From a virus (lineage: Duplodnaviria; Caudoviricetes), in IMG/VR virus record IMGVR_UViG_3300028374_000002, positions 32,001 to 96,000 of that record: DNA of 64,000 nucleotides; one strand, written 5' to 3'. A program made the translations under genes and the position numbers. Position 1 is the first letter of the stretch; the number at the start of each line of letters is the position of its first letter. Below the pieces are notes generated by a model. That model made no database searches. It was not told where the DNA came from and saw only the letters and a program-made list of their open reading frames with translations. Shown here piece after piece: positions 1-9,339 of the stretch.

Positions 1-1
1 A

Positions 2-541
2 CAAAGATTTAGTCAATATTCGGAAAAGTTAAATGAGATGAATGATACACCAGAGAGTTATATAGCCACAGCACTTAATAAGCTTAAAAGAAAAGTTGAT
101 AAAATGTTTGCATATTTGGATGGTAAAACACAAGGTGGTAAGATATTAACACCAGAGGGCTTAGAAAAAGTAGATCCGAAAGATATAACGTTTAAAGATT
201 TAGGACTTCATTTAGATAGTTCTGAGGTCTCTAAATATTCTAAGTTATATGACTCATTTACTATAAAGTTTAGAGATGCTAACAACGCATATACAATGAT
301 TGTAATGATTGGTGTTGAGGAGGCTATGCCTGAAGAGTCAGAAGAACAATTTGGACAAGATAATATAGAAAATGCTTATATAAAATTTAAGAAGTATGGT
401 AGTGAGGGTATGGACTTAATTGGACAAATGGATAAAAATGTGAAAATAAAAGATATTGATGAAGCATTCTTGATAGATTTGAAGATTGAACTAGATGATG
501 AGTATGATGAAAATGAGGATGAATTCGAAATACAAACATAA
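2..541 (+). CDS. Acidic hypothetical protein, 5'-truncated by the window edge
   Basis: The frame stays open upstream of the called ATG at 38 (QRFSQYSEKLNE-M...), so the real start is probably just before base 1. The N-terminus resembles the recurring MKxIKxF/YxxFxE motif. Confidence 0.75.
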   Translation, partial: QRFSQYSEKLNEMNDTPESYIATALNKLKRKVDKMFAYLDGKTQGGKILTPEGLEKVDPKDITFKDLGLHLDSSEVSKYSKLYDSFTIKFRDANNAYTMIVMIGVEEAMPEESEEQFGQDNIENAYIKFKKYGSEGMDLIGQMDKNVKIKDIDEAFLIDLKIELDDEYDENEDEFEIQT

Positions 542-549
542 ATTAAAAT

Positions 550-1053
550 ATGGTTATACACGTAGTTACAAACATGCAAATAATAAGTAGTATATCAAAA
601 TCTAAATACTTTGCTAAGAATTTGGGTTTTGTCTCAACAGTAGAAAAAAATGGAAAAAGAATCCCTAATGATAAAGATAATTTCTCACATCGTTATATGA
701 ACTTATATAGATCAAGTATATATGCACAGGGTAACGTAGGGAATATAAAGTTTTATACTGACCACTACATAAATGACCAAGTTATGGCAGTTTATTATGG
801 TGAAGAATTAGAAGAATTTATATTTAATTTTGATAGTGAATTTGTTACAAAGAAAGGCATTGACTCTTTTCTAGGGAAGATACTCAAAGAACTAGAGGAA
901 AGATATGAAGAAAGGATTAAAACAAAAGAAAGCGAAAAAGTAGTAGAAAAGCCTAGGGGTAACTCTGATAAAATATTTAGTAATCCTGGTGATGTTACCT
1001 ATGAAGATTTAAAAGAGTACCTTCGAAAGAAAAAAGAAGAAAAAGAAATGTAA
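550..1053 (+). CDS. Hypothetical protein (167 aa)
   Basis: Long ORF in series with the upstream gene and ending at a terminator; no motif recognised. Confidence 0.75.
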   Translation: MVIHVVTNMQIISSISKSKYFAKNLGFVSTVEKNGKRIPNDKDNFSHRYMNLYRSSIYAQGNVGNIKFYTDHYINDQVMAVYYGEELEEFIFNFDSEFVTKKGIDSFLGKILKELEERYEERIKTKESEKVVEKPRGNSDKIFSNPGDVTYEDLKEYLRKKKEEKEM

Positions 1054-1056
1054 ATT

Positions 1057-1092
1057 AAAAAACCCCTCTTAAATTATTAAGAGGGGTTTTTT
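1057..1092. terminator. Bidirectional intrinsic terminator
   Basis: AAAAAACCCCTCTTAA-ATTA-TTAAGAGGGGTTTTTT perfect hairpin between convergent genes. Confidence 0.9.
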
Positions 1093-1109
1093 GTAATTAC
1101 ACATATTTA

Positions 1110-2978
1110 TTATTTGACTTCTTCAAAATCCACGTCCTCTGTATCATCAGATTCATTCTTTGTGGTTTCTTCCTCATTATTATATAATTTTGAACTTATA
1201 TCATTCCAAGATGTATTGAGTTTTTCAACCTTTTCATCTATTGCCTCTGCTTCTTCTGACTTATACGCATCTTTGAGTTCGTTTAAGCTATTGCTAAGGA
1301 CTTCTTTATCATCGCTTGATAACTTATCATCAAACTCTTTTAACTGCTTCTCTGTTTGGAAAATAAGCGTATCTGCTTTATTCATCTTATCGACTTTCTC
1401 TTTCTCTAGGTTATCAGCCTCTGCATTTGCCTCTGCTTCTTCTTTCATTTTGCTTATCTCTTCCTTAGAGAGTTGGGAACCACCTTCAATTCTTATTTTA
1501 TTTTCCTTACCAGATGCCTTATCTTTAGCAGATACTGATAGAACACCATTTGCATCAATATCTAAAGATACTGTAATCTGTGGAACTCCTCTAGGGGCTG
1601 GCAAAATGCTATCTAGATGAAATCTGCCCAAAGATTTATTATCTTTAGCCATTGGTCTTTCACCTTGTAAGACATGTATCTCAACACTTGACTGGTTATC
1701 TGATGCAGTTGAGAAGGTTTCTTCTTTTGATGTTGGTATAGTTGTATTGCCTTCAATTAGTTTTGATAATATCCCACCCATAGTTTCGATACCTAATGAT
1801 AGTGGTATAACATCTAATAAAAGAACATCATCTATACTTCCTGTTAGTACTGCTCCTTGTATAGAAGCACCAAGTGCTACAACTTCATCGGGATTTACCG
1901 ACTTATTAGCCTTCTTATTTAAAAACTTCTCTAGTGCTTCTTGAATAGCTGGTATTCTTGTTGAGCCACCAACTAATATAATCTCATCAATATCTGATGG
2001 ATTTAGTTTAGCATTTTTAAGTGCAGACTTTGCACAATCTATTGTTCTTTTAACTAAATTAGATGTTAGTTGTTCAAATTTAGCCTTTGTCAAGGTTTTA
2101 ACAAAATGAAGTGGTCCAGAATTACTTACCGTTATATATGGAAGATTTATTTCTGTTGTACTTGAAGAAGATAACTCTACCTTAGCCCTTTCCCCCGCAT
2201 CTTTTAGCCTCTGTAAAGCCATTGGATCTTTAGACAAATCAATAGAGTTTTCTTTCTTAAAGTCATCTACCATCCAATCAATAATAGCATCATCAAAGTC
2301 ATCTCCACCTAAGTGTGTATCACCATCAGTTGACTTAACCTCAAATACACCATCTCCAATTTCTAATACCGATACATCATGTGTCCCTCCACCGCAATCA
2401 AACACTAGAATCTTAGAATCTGCATCTTTCTTATCAAAACCATATGCTAATGCGGCTGCCGTTGGTTCATTAATAATTCTCTCAACCTTTAAACCCGCAA
2501 TTTCACCTGCCTCAATTGTTGCAGTTCTTTCAACATCTCCAAAATATGCAGGTACTGTGATTACTGCTCTAGTCACTTCTTGACCTAAAAAGTCTTCTGC
2601 TGTTTTTTTCATTTTCTGTAAAATCATTGCAGAAAGTTCTTGTGGAGTAAAAGTTCTATCACCTATCTTCACACTAGGTACATCATTACCACTGCTTACA
2701 ACATTGTATGGTACTCTTGATACCTCCTCTTTTAATTTTGAAAAGCTTTTACCCATAAATCTCTTTATAGAATAAATAGTATTCTCTGGGTTAGTTACTG
2801 CTTGTCTCTTAGCAGAGTCTCCCACTTTTCTTTCACCATCACTTGTAAAGGCTAGTATAGATGGTGTTGTTCTTTTTCCTTCTGAATTAGCTATGATTTG
2901 TGGTTCACCACCTTCAACAACTGAAACACAGCTATTTGTAGTACCAAGGTCAATTCCGATAATTACGTCTTTTTTCAT
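1110..2978 (-). CDS. dnaK: Hsp70 chaperone DnaK
   Basis: [45 protein letters not shown] and a DVDFEEVK tail. Start moved to MKKDVIIG (2978). Confidence 0.98.
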   Translation of the reverse strand: MKKDVIIGIDLGTTNSCVSVVEGGEPQIIANSEGKRTTPSILAFTSDGERKVGDSAKRQAVTNPENTIYSIKRFMGKSFSKLKEEVSRVPYNVVSSGNDVPSVKIGDRTFTPQELSAMILQKMKKTAEDFLGQEVTRAVITVPAYFGDVERTATIEAGEIAGLKVERIINEPTAAALAYGFDKKDADSKILVFDCGGGTHDVSVLEIGDGVFEVKSTDGDTHLGGDDFDDAIIDWMVDDFKKENSIDLSKDPMALQRLKDAGERAKVELSSSSTTEINLPYITVSNSGPLHFVKTLTKAKFEQLTSNLVKRTIDCAKSALKNAKLNPSDIDEIILVGGSTRIPAIQEALEKFLNKKANKSVNPDEVVALGASIQGAVLTGSIDDVLLLDVIPLSLGIETMGGILSKLIEGNTTIPTSKEETFSTASDNQSSVEIHVLQGERPMAKDNKSLGRFHLDSILPAPRGVPQITVSLDIDANGVLSVSAKDKASGKENKIRIEGGSQLSKEEISKMKEEAEANAEADNLEKEKVDKMNKADTLIFQTEKQLKEFDDKLSSDDKEVLSNSLNELKDAYKSEEAEAIDEKVEKLNTSWNDISSKLYNNEEETTKNESDDTEDVDFEEVK

Positions 2979-3005
2979 ATATTTATTATTTTTTAGTATA
3001 AATAG

Positions 3006-3020
3006 CCAATAAATATGCCA
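3006..3020 (-). promoter_or_regulatory. Sigma54-like -24/-12 element upstream of dnaK
   Basis: Minus strand TGGCAT-ATTTA-TTGG fits the TGGCAC-N5-TTGC spacing with two mismatches. Confidence 0.35.
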
Positions 3021-3031
3021 TTTGTTTTTAC

Positions 3032-3046
3032 ATGACAAAATGTCAT
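3032..3046. promoter_or_regulatory. Palindromic operator-like site upstream of dnaK
   Basis: ATGACA-AAA-TGTCAT perfect inverted repeat. Confidence 0.45.
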
Positions 3047-3292
3047 ATTTAACTGACTATGTGTTATATAATCAAAAGTTATAAAGTTTAGTAGTTTATA
3101 ATTTTACCTTCTTGTGTCTATGTCTAAATCTTTTTCATTATCAAAATTATCTTCAAATAGTTTAATATATTATGTGAAAAACATGCAACATCATGATATA
3201 TAAATAATAATTAATTAATATTCACGTTAAATAAGCAATATCAATCACTATTCGTGGTAAGTAACTATTATTCATACGACATATATAATAAA

Positions 3293-3301
3293 TAATATAT
3301 A
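3293..3301 (+). promoter_or_regulatory. Putative phage (late) promoter TAATATATA
   Basis: Motif ends 4 nt before the ATG at 3306; the same motif and spacing recur across the window. Confidence 0.6.
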
Positions 3302-3305
3302 CTGT

Positions 3306-4565
3306 ATGAATAATTATTTAAAACGATTTAAAACTTTTGAACTAGTTACCTCTCGTGATGAGTTAAATAGCACAAGAGATAGAAGGTCTAGCCTAGTAGA
3401 ACCAGCACTCATGGAACTAGAAGACTATCTAGAATTACTAGGTGCTAACAAGCAACATCCCTCATCTGCGTATCAATTTAACCTATCCGATTCGGAAAAA
3501 TTTGAAAATAAAGACCTTTATGACTATTTGAACACAAAAAAACATGGCTCTGTGTCAGTAAAATACTATATTAGAAATGATAAAGAGCATAACAATTCCT
3601 ATGTTAAAACAAATGATGAAGGTCATGTAGTACGTGATACAAAGGGTATGGCAGTTTATTTAAATAATGATGAATTAAAGGAAAAAGACCTATTAAATAA
3701 ATATGATAAGAATATAGTAGCTATTCATAATGATATTATAGTTGGGTCTGCTCAAGATGAATGGGGTTGTGTCTTAGTGTATGTGGTTGATGAATTTAAA
3801 GGTATAGGGATAGGTCAAGAATTAGTTGAATATTATAGAAAGATATACCCTGATAAGGTATCTGGAGGCACAACAGAGGATGGTTACAAGAACTTAATTA
3901 AATACTATAAGTATCAAGTTAAATTATACCTAAGAAATGGCATATATTCAGACATGGTCAAAAATGGTGATATTTCTAAAGAAAAAGTCAAGAAGATAAC
4001 AGATAGTGTAAAGGGAACGAAATACACCAAATACAAAGATACTATTTATAGTAAATATTTAAATATTGATAGTTATAATAAAGCTTTTGTTTATTCTGAT
4101 GGTGATATTGTATTAATAAATGATAAAATACTAGATTTCTATAATGATTATGATGGAACTGGTAAAGACTTTTATGAAAAATTCGTGTTTGGACACTCAC
4201 ACATTGTAGACAATGAGTATAATCAAAGATTATACTTTATAGAGGGAAAAAGCAATAAAGATATAGAAAGTGTTATAAAGCATTCACTATGCTTTATAAA
4301 TTCATATTATAAAAAAGATTTTGCTACATATTTTGTAACAGAGAATACATCTGACATAGTTAGAAAGTTTTTCAAGAGTATTGATAAAAATACAGATTTT
4401 AAAGTAGAATGGTATGAGAAAGACAGATGTAAAATATACTTTGACAAATGTGACTCTCTGAAAAAAGATTTATTAACAGGAACTAAATGGTTCTATTCTT
4501 TAGATGATAAATATGATGAAATAAAAAACCAATTAATAGAGAACGTTTACTCAACATTTGAATAA
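3306..4565 (+). CDS. GNAT acetyltransferase-domain protein with CTS-like N-terminus
   Basis: VYVVDEFKGIGIGQELVEYY fits GNAT motif A (acetyl-CoA binding); N-terminus MNNYLKRFKTFE. Confidence 0.65.
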   Translation: MNNYLKRFKTFELVTSRDELNSTRDRRSSLVEPALMELEDYLELLGANKQHPSSAYQFNLSDSEKFENKDLYDYLNTKKHGSVSVKYYIRNDKEHNNSYVKTNDEGHVVRDTKGMAVYLNNDELKEKDLLNKYDKNIVAIHNDIIVGSAQDEWGCVLVYVVDEFKGIGIGQELVEYYRKIYPDKVSGGTTEDGYKNLIKYYKYQVKLYLRNGIYSDMVKNGDISKEKVKKITDSVKGTKYTKYKDTIYSKYLNIDSYNKAFVYSDGDIVLINDKILDFYNDYDGTGKDFYEKFVFGHSHIVDNEYNQRLYFIEGKSNKDIESVIKHSLCFINSYYKKDFATYFVTENTSDIVRKFFKSIDKNTDFKVEWYEKDRCKIYFDKCDSLKKDLLTGTKWFYSLDDKYDEIKNQLIENVYSTFE

Positions 4566-4569
4566 TAAT

Positions 4570-4830
4570 TTAGTTATTAATCCATTTAAGTATTCTTCTT
4601 AAAAATATAACCTTGCTATCTCTATATGCATTATTTCGCTTATCAAGCTTATGTCTTGTTTCCCCACTTAATTCACTTTTAACCCAATTGGCTATATCTA
4701 ATCTATTTTTTTGAAATAGTGAAATTTTTTCATTATGAAGTTCCATTATATTACTAACTATCTCATCAACATTTGACTTTTGGTCATTAAGTTTAATCAC
4801 TTGTTCTTTTATATTTTGTTCTATACTCAT
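4570..4830 (-). CDS. Hypothetical protein (86 aa)
   Basis: ORF in series with neighbouring minus-strand genes. Confidence 0.65.
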   Translation of the reverse strand: MSIEQNIKEQVIKLNDQKSNVDEIVSNIMELHNEKISLFQKNRLDIANWVKSELSGETRHKLDKRNNAYRDSKVIFLRRILKWINN

Positions 4831-4848
4831 TCTTTCTATATTAAAAAA

Positions 4849-5529
4849 TTAATTAAATACTTCTTCATAGACTTCAACATTCTTAATCTTAAATCTTAGT
4901 TTGAATCTTTTTTCACCAGCACCTAAAATAAGTTCAACCCAGTAACCCCTAATTTTTTTAGCTAGACTATATGTAAAGTATACTCTGTCATCTACTTTGA
5001 ACCATACCATCTGTTCTCCCAAAAATGAGAATCTTATGGACAGATACTCTCCTTTGTTATCAGAGAACTCACCCTTACTATTTACATATTTTAGATTAGC
5101 TGAGTGATACCATTTACTCACAGTATTAGGTCTAGTTACCTCACCTACTTGGTGGATAAGCTGTGCATCACCTACTCTTGGTTTGAATATTTGATAGTGA
5201 TTCCAAGCTGGGTTTCTCTGTGCAGACCACATATAAGATAATTTAAATCTATTCCAGGGCGTGGTTGGATAAAGGTTTTTCGCAATGAAAAACCATTCGT
5301 AACCTAAATCATTAGACTTACCATCATTAAGATATATCCATAGTGGAAGAGCTATAAATCTTAATAACATATTATTTGATTCATGATACATCCACCTTAA
5401 CTGTTTTCTTAGAAGATAAGCTAGTGGATATATCACTAGTGCAGTAACTGCAAAAAACCCTGATACTATCATATTTATTAAATATTCTAGTATTGATAAT
5501 GTTTTAATTTTAATACTTGGTTTATACAT
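4849..5529 (-). CDS. Hypothetical membrane protein (226 aa)
   Basis: N-terminal hydrophobic helix (MIVSGFFAVTALVIYPLAYLL), aromatic-rich RNPAWNHY segment, TAATATATA upstream. Confidence 0.75.
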   Translation of the reverse strand: MYKPSIKIKTLSILEYLINMIVSGFFAVTALVIYPLAYLLRKQLRWMYHESNNMLLRFIALPLWIYLNDGKSNDLGYEWFFIAKNLYPTTPWNRFKLSYMWSAQRNPAWNHYQIFKPRVGDAQLIHQVGEVTRPNTVSKWYHSANLKYVNSKGEFSDNKGEYLSIRFSFLGEQMVWFKVDDRVYFTYSLAKKIRGYWVELILGAGEKRFKLRFKIKNVEVYEEVFN

Positions 5530-5608
5530 ATTGTTTCCTTTTTTTTAGTATATATTAATTTATAATTAGACAATAGTCCAACCTTATGTACAAATTGTTT
5601 ATAAAATA

Positions 5609-5815
5609 TCAATTGGAATCAGAGTTTTTTAATTCTTCAACTAAAGATTTAACATCATCGAATTCTATATATTTACCGTAAACCCATTCTGTCTTTGTAC
5701 CATCTTCTTCTATATCAAAGGCTTTAAATTGTAACATATCTAACTTTTCGATAACATCAGACACTTTTAATTTTTTATCTTTTTCCTCTTTCATTTTATT
5801 ATTTTCATTATTCAT
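5609..5815 (-). CDS. Small hypothetical protein (68 aa)
   Basis: Preceded by a TAnnTTTG box. Similar in style to 6118-6309 (VIEKLDMLQ/VIILLNKLQRFD ... YIEFDDVKSLVEELK/YVDSYEIDDLINKLK). Confidence 0.65.
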   Translation of the reverse strand: MNNENNKMKEEKDKKLKVSDVIEKLDMLQFKAFDIEEDGTKTEWVYGKYIEFDDVKSLVEELKNSDSN

Positions 5816-5850
5816 AACCTCTAATTATATTATTGTTTCTAATTATAAAA

Positions 5851-5858
5851 CAAATATA
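5851..5858 (-). promoter_or_regulatory. Bacteroidota sigmaA -7 box (TATATTTG)
   Basis: Exact TAnnTTTG 35 nt upstream of the ORF start at 5815. Confidence 0.6.
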
Positions 5859-5923
5859 CATCAAATAAATATATTATTAAGTAAAATCATTAGATATATT
5901 TATTTTATATAATTCACCAAGTC

Positions 5924-6118
5924 TCATATATTTCTATAATGGTTATACTTAATTATTATTTCACCATCAACTGAAAACTCATCTAATATTGTTTCTAAAT
6001 TATTATTAAGATATTTTACAGCTTCTATTATATCCTTAAATCCTAAATCTTTATAAACCTCATCATATCTTTTATCGGGTGTCTCTTGATACCATGTTTT
6101 CAATATTATTTCGTACAT
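5924..6118 (-). CDS. Small hypothetical protein (64 aa)
   Basis: Start overlaps the stop of the upstream ORF (TAATG coupling). Confidence 0.65.
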   Translation of the reverse strand: MYEIILKTWYQETPDKRYDEVYKDLGFKDIIEAVKYLNNNLETILDEFSVDGEIIIKYNHYRNI

Positions 6119-6309
6119 TATAAAGTGCTTTTTAATTTATTAATCAAATCATCTATTTCATAAGAATCAACATATTCCCCATTATCGTTATTTTCACGTT
6201 CTGTATCAATGCCATACTCACCCTCTCGATAATTAGTTAAATCGAATCTTTGTAACTTATTTAAAAGTATTATAACACTATGTGTACTATATTCTTTTTT
6301 ATCATCCAT
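6118..6309 (-). CDS. Small hypothetical protein (63 aa)
   Basis: Coupled ORF; likely a distant paralogue of 5609-5815. Confidence 0.65.
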   Translation of the reverse strand: MDDKKEYSTHSVIILLNKLQRFDLTNYREGEYGIDTERENNDNGEYVDSYEIDDLINKLKSTL

Positions 6310-6323
6310 TCTATTAATGTTTA

Positions 6324-6467
6324 TTAATTAATATTTCTACCACATTTTAAACATAGTGATCTATATCCATTTGTCTGTATTATATCATCTTCTGGGTGAT
6401 CACATAATTTTAATTCAGTATGACTCTTGCTATTTTTTTCTTTAATAAATTCTTTAGTCTTATTCAT
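6324..6467 (-). CDS. Small Cys/His protein (47 aa, below the ORF-track cutoff)
   Basis: MNKTKEFIKEKNSKSHTELKLCDHPEDDIIQTNGYRSLCLKCGRNIN; C-x-H...C-x2-C zinc-ribbon-like pattern. Confidence 0.55.
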   Translation of the reverse strand: MNKTKEFIKEKNSKSHTELKLCDHPEDDIIQTNGYRSLCLKCGRNIN

Positions 6468-6608
6468 TTTATTCTATTAACTAGGTTAAAATACATTTCT
6501 ATGGGGTAAATATAGTTTAATTTACCTCACTATGGGTAAATTACATTTTGATAGCATAAAATATACTGTTTATGAATTACCATATGTGCTATACAACAAG
6601 TTATTATA

Positions 6609-6947
6609 TTAATTCTTTAAATAATTAACAATCTTAATTGGATTAATTGACTTATTCTTCGTTACAAATGTTGATAAATCACCCACTTTACGCTTAATAT
6701 CATCAATTATATCACTAGAATTAGCACCATCAGGATACTTATTACTAAACCAATCTTTATCCGATATCATTGTATTAACTCATGTTTGTAAAGTCTCAAT
6801 ACCATACTCATCTAATCCTAGTGACGTTAAATACTTATTCTTTGGCATTGGACTACCATGGTGGTCTCCTTTGAATTGTGAAACAAGATCATAATTTTCA
6901 TTTATGAATAATGTAAAGTTTTTTATCTTGCTCTTTGGTGTTTCCAT
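6609..6947 (-). pseudogene. 112-codon gene interrupted by one in-frame TGA (6780-6782)
   Basis: METPKSKIKNFTLFINE...IETLQT*VNTMISDKDWF...YLKN; the frame is continuous on both sides of the TGA. TTTATATATA lies 20 nt upstream. Confidence 0.55.
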
Positions 6948-7049
6948 CTATCTTATTATTTTACCTTTATATATAAAATAATAAAAATACATAACCCAAT
7001 ACTATTTAATTATATCCCAACTTTATGTATAGCAAGACTAGGTAATAAT

Positions 7050-7292
7050 TTATCTATTTATCTTCCATTTATCTAATTCTTCATGGGTACACATTTTATT
7101 AGTAAGTCTGCAATGTTCCGAAAATCCTAATACCTCATCAGTAGTAAACAAATCTTTATTAGATGAAACGTTTAAATTAATTACTTCTTCTAGACAAACT
7201 ATATATTTTGAAGTTCGTATTGGTATATTAGGTTTGTCCTTATCTGAATACGTTTTCCATTCACTTAAACTTTTCCCTCTCTTTTTGCTCAT
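7050..7292 (-). CDS. Small hypothetical protein (80 aa)
   Basis: ORF in the minus-strand series. Confidence 0.6.
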   Translation of the reverse strand: MSKKRGKSLSEWKTYSDKDKPNIPIRTSKYIVCLEEVINLNVSSNKDLFTTDEVLGFSEHCRLTNKMCTHEELDKWKINR

Positions 7293-7307
7293 GTCTATTA
7301 ACTGTTT

Positions 7308-7634
7308 TTACTTATGTCTATTAACTGTAGTCCAAAAAGTGCTATTACACTTTGTACAATGCTTGGTATGTTCTATACAATGTCGCCCTTTACAATTAGG
7401 ACAAGTTGGTACATTTTTTTCACTTTTAAAGTCATGTATATTTAAGGCATTTCTAACTATCTGTCTCATTTCATTAGGTCCTTCTTTGTGATCTGGTAAC
7501 CCATACTCATAGGAGTCATATATTAAAGCATACTTATCCAAGTCAGAAACTATTTTATCCAATACATTTGGGGATATGCGACTTATGATATCGCCTATAT
7601 GCAATTCTTCACCATTTTCATTAAATATTTTCAT
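7308..7634 (-). CDS. Hypothetical protein with C-terminal zinc ribbon
   Basis: CPNCKGRHCIEHTKHCTKCNSTF. Confidence 0.65.
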   Translation of the reverse strand: MKIFNENGEELHIGDIISRISPNVLDKIVSDLDKYALIYDSYEYGLPDHKEGPNEMRQIVRNALNIHDFKSEKNVPTCPNCKGRHCIEHTKHCTKCNSTFWTTVNRHK

Positions 7635-7654
7635 ATGTATATTTTATAAATAAA

Positions 7655-7861
7655 TTAAAGCGTTTCTCTGTAATCACTTATCAAATCACTTGAATACCAA
7701 GTGCTTACTAAAAGACAATCACCACTTTTTATAAGCGAGTATTTATCTTCATTATTTTTAGCAAATTCTATAAACCCATCATACCTAAATAACTTCCTAT
7801 CATTTCTCTTTGATGATAGTTCAGAATATCTTTTTGATATTTTTTCTATTGAATGTAACAT
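7655..7861 (-). CDS. Small hypothetical protein (68 aa)
   Basis: TAnnTTTG box 25 nt upstream. Confidence 0.6.
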   Translation of the reverse strand: MLHSIEKISKRYSELSSKRNDRKLFRYDGFIEFAKNNEDKYSLIKSGDCLLVSTWYSSDLISDYRETL

Positions 7862-7886
7862 ATTCGTATTTTAGTATTTATAACAA

Positions 7887-7894
7887 CAAACATA
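7887..7894 (-). promoter_or_regulatory. Bacteroidota -7 box (TATGTTTG)
   Basis: Exact TAnnTTTG upstream of 7861. Confidence 0.55.
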
Positions 7895-8170
7895 AATCAT
7901 GCCTTTATATCTCTTTTTAAATCTAAGTACTCATTCACAAAATATAAAGTCTAAAGTCTTTGTTTTTGGTGTTGATTTACTCCCCACACGAACATATTCA
8001 CATATTAAAATAATTTCTTATAAATAAAACTTCATAATTCTAGTATTTATATTTAATTAGTGAAAATATTATTTGCTATTGGGTTTTAGTAAAATTTGTA
8101 TAATCTACTCAATATATATTGTATAAATGATAGTTCTAATTTATTTCCAATAGTCTCATATCTACTTGTT

Positions 8171-8500
8171 TTAGTTATGCTCTATAAATTTTTTCGCTAA
8201 TTTATTGAGTCCAGTATCATCTTCATTTATTTCAAACTCACCTCTAATAAAGTCATAGTTTCTAAGCATATGACCACAATAACTTTCTGAGTTAGCTAGT
8301 TCATTAAGCCAAGTCATATAATCTAAGGGCTTGTCATTATCTTCTATATGTTCTGTTCTTAATAAAATTATTTCCATAGACCCATGTCCACTTAGTAACT
8401 TTTTTGTTAAAGCGAAATCCTTTATAGTTCCTTTAAACTCTTTCTTAGTTCCCCATCCAAATTCGGGAAGTTTTTGAAATAGACTAATTAAGTTTTCCAT
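8171..8500 (-). CDS. Hypothetical protein (109 aa)
   Basis: ORF with normal composition. Confidence 0.7.
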   Translation of the reverse strand: MENLISLFQKLPEFGWGTKKEFKGTIKDFALTKKLLSGHGSMEIILLRTEHIEDNDKPLDYMTWLNELANSESYCGHMLRNYDFIRGEFEINEDDTGLNKLAKKFIEHN

Positions 8501-8610
8501 ACCTATTTTTTGTTATGTATAATAACAAATGTTATTAATATTTCTTTATACATCAAAAGTAATCATTATCTATAAGACATACAAGCTTATGTCTAACTAT
8601 TTATGATATT

Positions 8611-8745
8611 GATTCAAAAAGGGCTACATCTAAACTAACCGATATTCCTTTTGGGTCAAGCCGAAGCCCCCTCGGTAGGAACAGATAACAGGCTTTAGAC
8701 ACCTTCAGTTTTAAAATCTTATCTGTTGTTTGTACACCCACTAAG
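8611..8745 (-). ncRNA. Candidate structured RNA (family unknown)
   Basis: GC-enriched intergenic stretch. Stems UGGGU/ACCCA and AACAGAUA/UAUCUGUU, a cUUCGg tetraloop hairpin, and a final hairpin with a U-run. Confidence 0.4.
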
Positions 8746-8790
8746 TATATGCATTTAATCCCTTTTTAAATCAATAATAATTTTTTATAA

Positions 8791-9033
8791 TCATAAGGTT
8801 GTGTCTAAAGAGTCCCACTTTTTCCTAGATAGTTCTCGATGCCTTTTATCATCAATTTTTTTATCTACGCTATACCCCCAGGTGAGTACATATTCTAAAG
8901 AAACTAGTTCTTGCCATTCTTTATCAGTCAAGCAACCTTGTGGGTAGTCGAAGTGTTGACTGGTAATATGTGTGTGTAAAAAGCGTTTTATTACCAATTT
9001 AAATCTATTGGGGGTTTTATTTAGTCTATTCAT
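8791..9033 (-). CDS. Small hypothetical protein (80 aa)
   Basis: ORF in the minus-strand series. Confidence 0.65.
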   Translation of the reverse strand: MNRLNKTPNRFKLVIKRFLHTHITSQHFDYPQGCLTDKEWQELVSLEYVLTWGYSVDKKIDDKRHRELSRKKWDSLDTTL

Positions 9034-9050
9034 TATTCAAATTTATAATC

Positions 9051-9329
9051 CTAACACTTTTCACCACCTTTACCATCAAGACTTTTAAGTAAATGATTTG
9101 ATCCAGCTAAGTCAGTTAGTATTCTTAATTCTTCAAAACTCAAGGTGTTCCTTGCTACTAGTTGACCATCTTTGTGTCTTTCAAGCTGAATTCCTAATGC
9201 AGAAGTCTCTGGTACTATCCTATAGGTTTCATTAGTTTCTGTATTGTGTATATTAGTAATTCCATCAATGTCAGTATAGATATGACACCATTTGTTGGCA
9301 TTTGGTAATTTTTCTCTTGTCTTATTCAT
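9051..9329 (-). CDS. Small hypothetical protein (92 aa)
   Basis: ORF in the minus-strand series. Confidence 0.65.
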   Translation of the reverse strand: MNKTREKLPNANKWCHIYTDIDGITNIHNTETNETYRIVPETSALGIQLERHKDGQLVARNTLSFEELRILTDLAGSNHLLKSLDGKGGEKC

Positions 9330-9339
9330 TTCTTCTTAT

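Noticed and set aside
1114-1944. Antisense ORFs over dnaK (1114-1620, 1747-1944) and similar shadow ORFs over the T9SS gene, trxB, dnaJ, 25006-26298 and the large structural gene
   Set aside because: They are Ser/Phe/Leu-rich reverse-complement shadows of real genes with no independent start signals.
3104-3169. Minus-strand fragment YIKLFEDNFDNEKDLDIDTRR resembling a tagged-gene remnant
   Set aside because: Only 21 codons with a stop immediately upstream and no start codon; may be chance in AT-rich DNA.
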